A stretch of DNA of 9,657 nucleotides from Zygophlyctis sp. KS116 (lineage: Eukaryota; Fungi; Chytridiomycota): NCBI GenBank assembly GCA_054661495.1, contig BAAFSQ010000345.1:1-9657 (forward strand). The letters are read 5' to 3'. This document shows positions 8,274 through 9,657 of the stretch, piece by piece. Below the pieces are notes generated by a model. It saw nothing but the letters and a program-made list of their open reading frames with translations, had not been told where the DNA came from and made no database searches. Position 1 is the stretch's first letter. Each line of letters starts with the position of its first letter. The position numbers were made by a program, and so were the translations under genes.

Positions 8274-8691
8274 TTATTGAAATTTAATTAGATTATTCAT
8301 TTCGTTGAGGATATTTTGTAAATGATCATCAGGAATTCTTGATAAACTTGGAATTAATACTTTTGCTTCATCAGCAGATTCACAAGATAAATTCATGAGA
8401 CAAGTTGCTTCAAATCCATCAAATTCATCTCTAGGAAACAATGATCTAATGTTTTCTACAGTCTGTCGATTGTTGATTTTAGAAAAGACATTAACATAAT
8501 CCAAAGTCTTTCTAAATACAAGTGAAATTCCGGCTTCTCCTTTTTCTTTAACCATGCGATCTCTAGATAATTCCAATACATGACGGATCTGGGAAATAGA
8601 AAAAGACTCTGAGCCACTGAATTCTAGAATTTAGAAATCTGTAAATACCTTTTCCAAACTTTAGATTTGTAGCATCTTCTTCCTCTGCCAT
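8274..8691 (-). CDS. RPB4: RNA polymerase II subunit Rpb4; exons 8691-8649, 8623-8274 (~130 aa)
   Basis: MAEEEDATNLKFGK|EF, VFRKTLDYVNVFSK, FEATCLMNLSCESADEAKVLIPSL, all Rpb4 hallmarks. Confidence 0.95.
8624..8648 (-). other. 25-nt spliceosomal intron (RPB4)
   Basis: AAG|gtatttacagatttctaaattctag; removal restores the conserved L-x-F-G-x-E-F motif. Confidence 0.92.
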
Positions 8692-8773
8692 TGAAAATTA
8701 TCAGGAAATTTCTCATTCTCACTTTTAACTCTTTATTTAGTCAAACTGCTGGTCTAAATAAATAGTATTTAAT

Positions 8774-9472
8774 CTAATCGCTGTCTTCATCATCTGCTTG
8801 ATCAACCAGAACACCGATTTTTTTAGTTCTGAGAACTTCATCTACTTTAACCCAAGAATGTTGCATTGTAATCATTTTAGTTGCATCTTTTCCTGCTCCT
8901 CTCAAGAGAGCTGAAGGGCCTCCAGAATGTTTATAATCAGTTGCATCATATACATATCCTTTATAACCAATCCATAATGAACTAGAGGTATTGTGTTCCT
9001 TAAGTTCCCAGAGTCGGATTTGTTTAAGGTTATTGGATGCAGGAGTAGCAGGAGTCACTGGTGGACGAGAGTTGTAGTTATTGTAAACTGGTGGTGCGGA
9101 ATACGTTGTTTGACTAGTGGTGGTAACCGGTCGAGCATAGTAATTAGACGTAGATGAATAAGGAGATGTAGCAACGAAAGGAGATGTTGAATATGATGAT
9201 GGGCCGATACTTGGACCAATCTTAGGAGCAGAAGGACCGATACTTGGACCAATCTTTGGAGCAGATGGACCGATACTTGGACCAATCTTAGGAGCAGAAG
9301 GACCGATACTTGCAACAGTCTTGGGAGCAATTTCGGTTGTTTGCTGTCCAGTCTCCGAAGCATTCGATTGTGTAGATGATGTTGGATCAGATCCAGTGGA
9401 ATCATTTTGCGCATTTATAGGAGCTTGCGGCGAGTCATTGAATATGTTGGTATTGTCTGTTACTGCTGACAT
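8774..9472 (-). CDS. Soluble cytochrome b5-like heme-binding protein (Irc21/CYB5R4-type domain) with low-complexity S/T/P-rich N-terminus
   Basis: ELKEHN..SLWIGYKGYVYDAT..HSGG...GAGKDAT.....HSWV; both axial His present; acidic tail with no TM anchor. Confidence 0.85.
   Translation of the reverse strand: MSAVTDNTNIFNDSPQAPINAQNDSTGSDPTSSTQSNASETGQQTTEIAPKTVASIGPSAPKIGPSIGPSAPKIGPSIGPSAPKIGPSIGPSSYSTSPFVATSPYSSTSNYYARPVTTTSQTTYSAPPVYNNYNSRPPVTPATPASNNLKQIRLWELKEHNTSSSLWIGYKGYVYDATDYKHSGGPSALLRGAGKDATKMITMQHSWVKVDEVLRTKKIGVLVDQADDEDSD
9204..9312 (-). repeat. 33-nt coding tandem repeat, ~3.3 copies (IGPSAPKIGPS)
   Basis: ccgatacttggaccaatcttaggagcagaagga recurs at 9204, 9237, 9270 and partially at 9303. 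Confidence 0.95.
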
Positions 9473-9655
9473 TCAATTATATAATGGGGTGGAGTAAATT
9501 ACGGAGTTATTTGAGGCGGCGCCGTTAAGATCGGAGTGATTTAGATCGTTCAGTGTGGTGGCATATTGAGCAGCCAAATATTCATTCCTGAGATGAATTC
9601 TAATTTCTATTTCATCAGGGACTTCTACCATGTAACGTATCAAGGCGGTCGTGGA
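9473..9655 (-). pseudogene. Open frame entering from the window edge, resembling a formin FH3/DID segment, truncated
   Basis: STTALIRYMVEVPDEIEIRIHLRNEYLAA... resembles the Drf_FH3 motif (P-x-x-L/I-x-x-R-x-H-L-R-N-E); similarity is lost after ~29 aa and the frame stops at TGA 9475-9473. Confidence 0.45.
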
Positions 9656-9657
9656 AA

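Noticed and set aside
9055-9414. Alternate-frame ORF with LVQVSV repeats
   Set aside because: Frame-shifted reading of the same 33-nt repeat; openness is explained by the repeat and low complexity
1-9657. Alternative genetic code, frameshifting or pseudogenisation as the cause of fragmented ORFs; prokaryotic or viral origin
   Set aside because: Every break is resolved by a GT-AG intron of uniform size, all three stop codons end genes at expected positions, and the genes are eukaryote-specific housekeeping genes

Overview
AT-rich, extremely compact EUKARYOTIC nuclear locus read with the standard genetic code (TAA, TAG and TGA all terminate genes). Gene content (Taspase1, PRL phosphatase, Fun19-type SWIRM, Spc24, Snx41/Atg20, Bud21-like, Rpb4, Irc21/CYB5R4-type cytochrome b5) points, by inference, to an early-diverging (zoosporic/chytrid-grade) fungus or close relative. 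The ORF track is fragmented because the genes are interrupted by ultra-short GT-AG spliceosomal introns. I reconstructed 14 of them by hand, all 25-32 nt (mean about 27), and most restore a recognisable conserved motif. The window holds 10 apparently complete genes plus a truncated formin-FH3-like frame at the right edge. Intergenic gaps are only 0-207 nt, including a co-oriented four-gene run with 27/21/50-nt spacers and a convergent pair 8 nt apart. Other points of interest: a CAAX-less PRL phosphatase preceded by a Met-Gly-stop uORF and a 4x TGATTGACAC repeat, an 11-mer shared just upstream of two start codons, two PA-TM-RING ligases of different topology, and a cytochrome b5 with a recent 33-nt repeat expansion. 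All family assignments are from motif recognition, not database searches.
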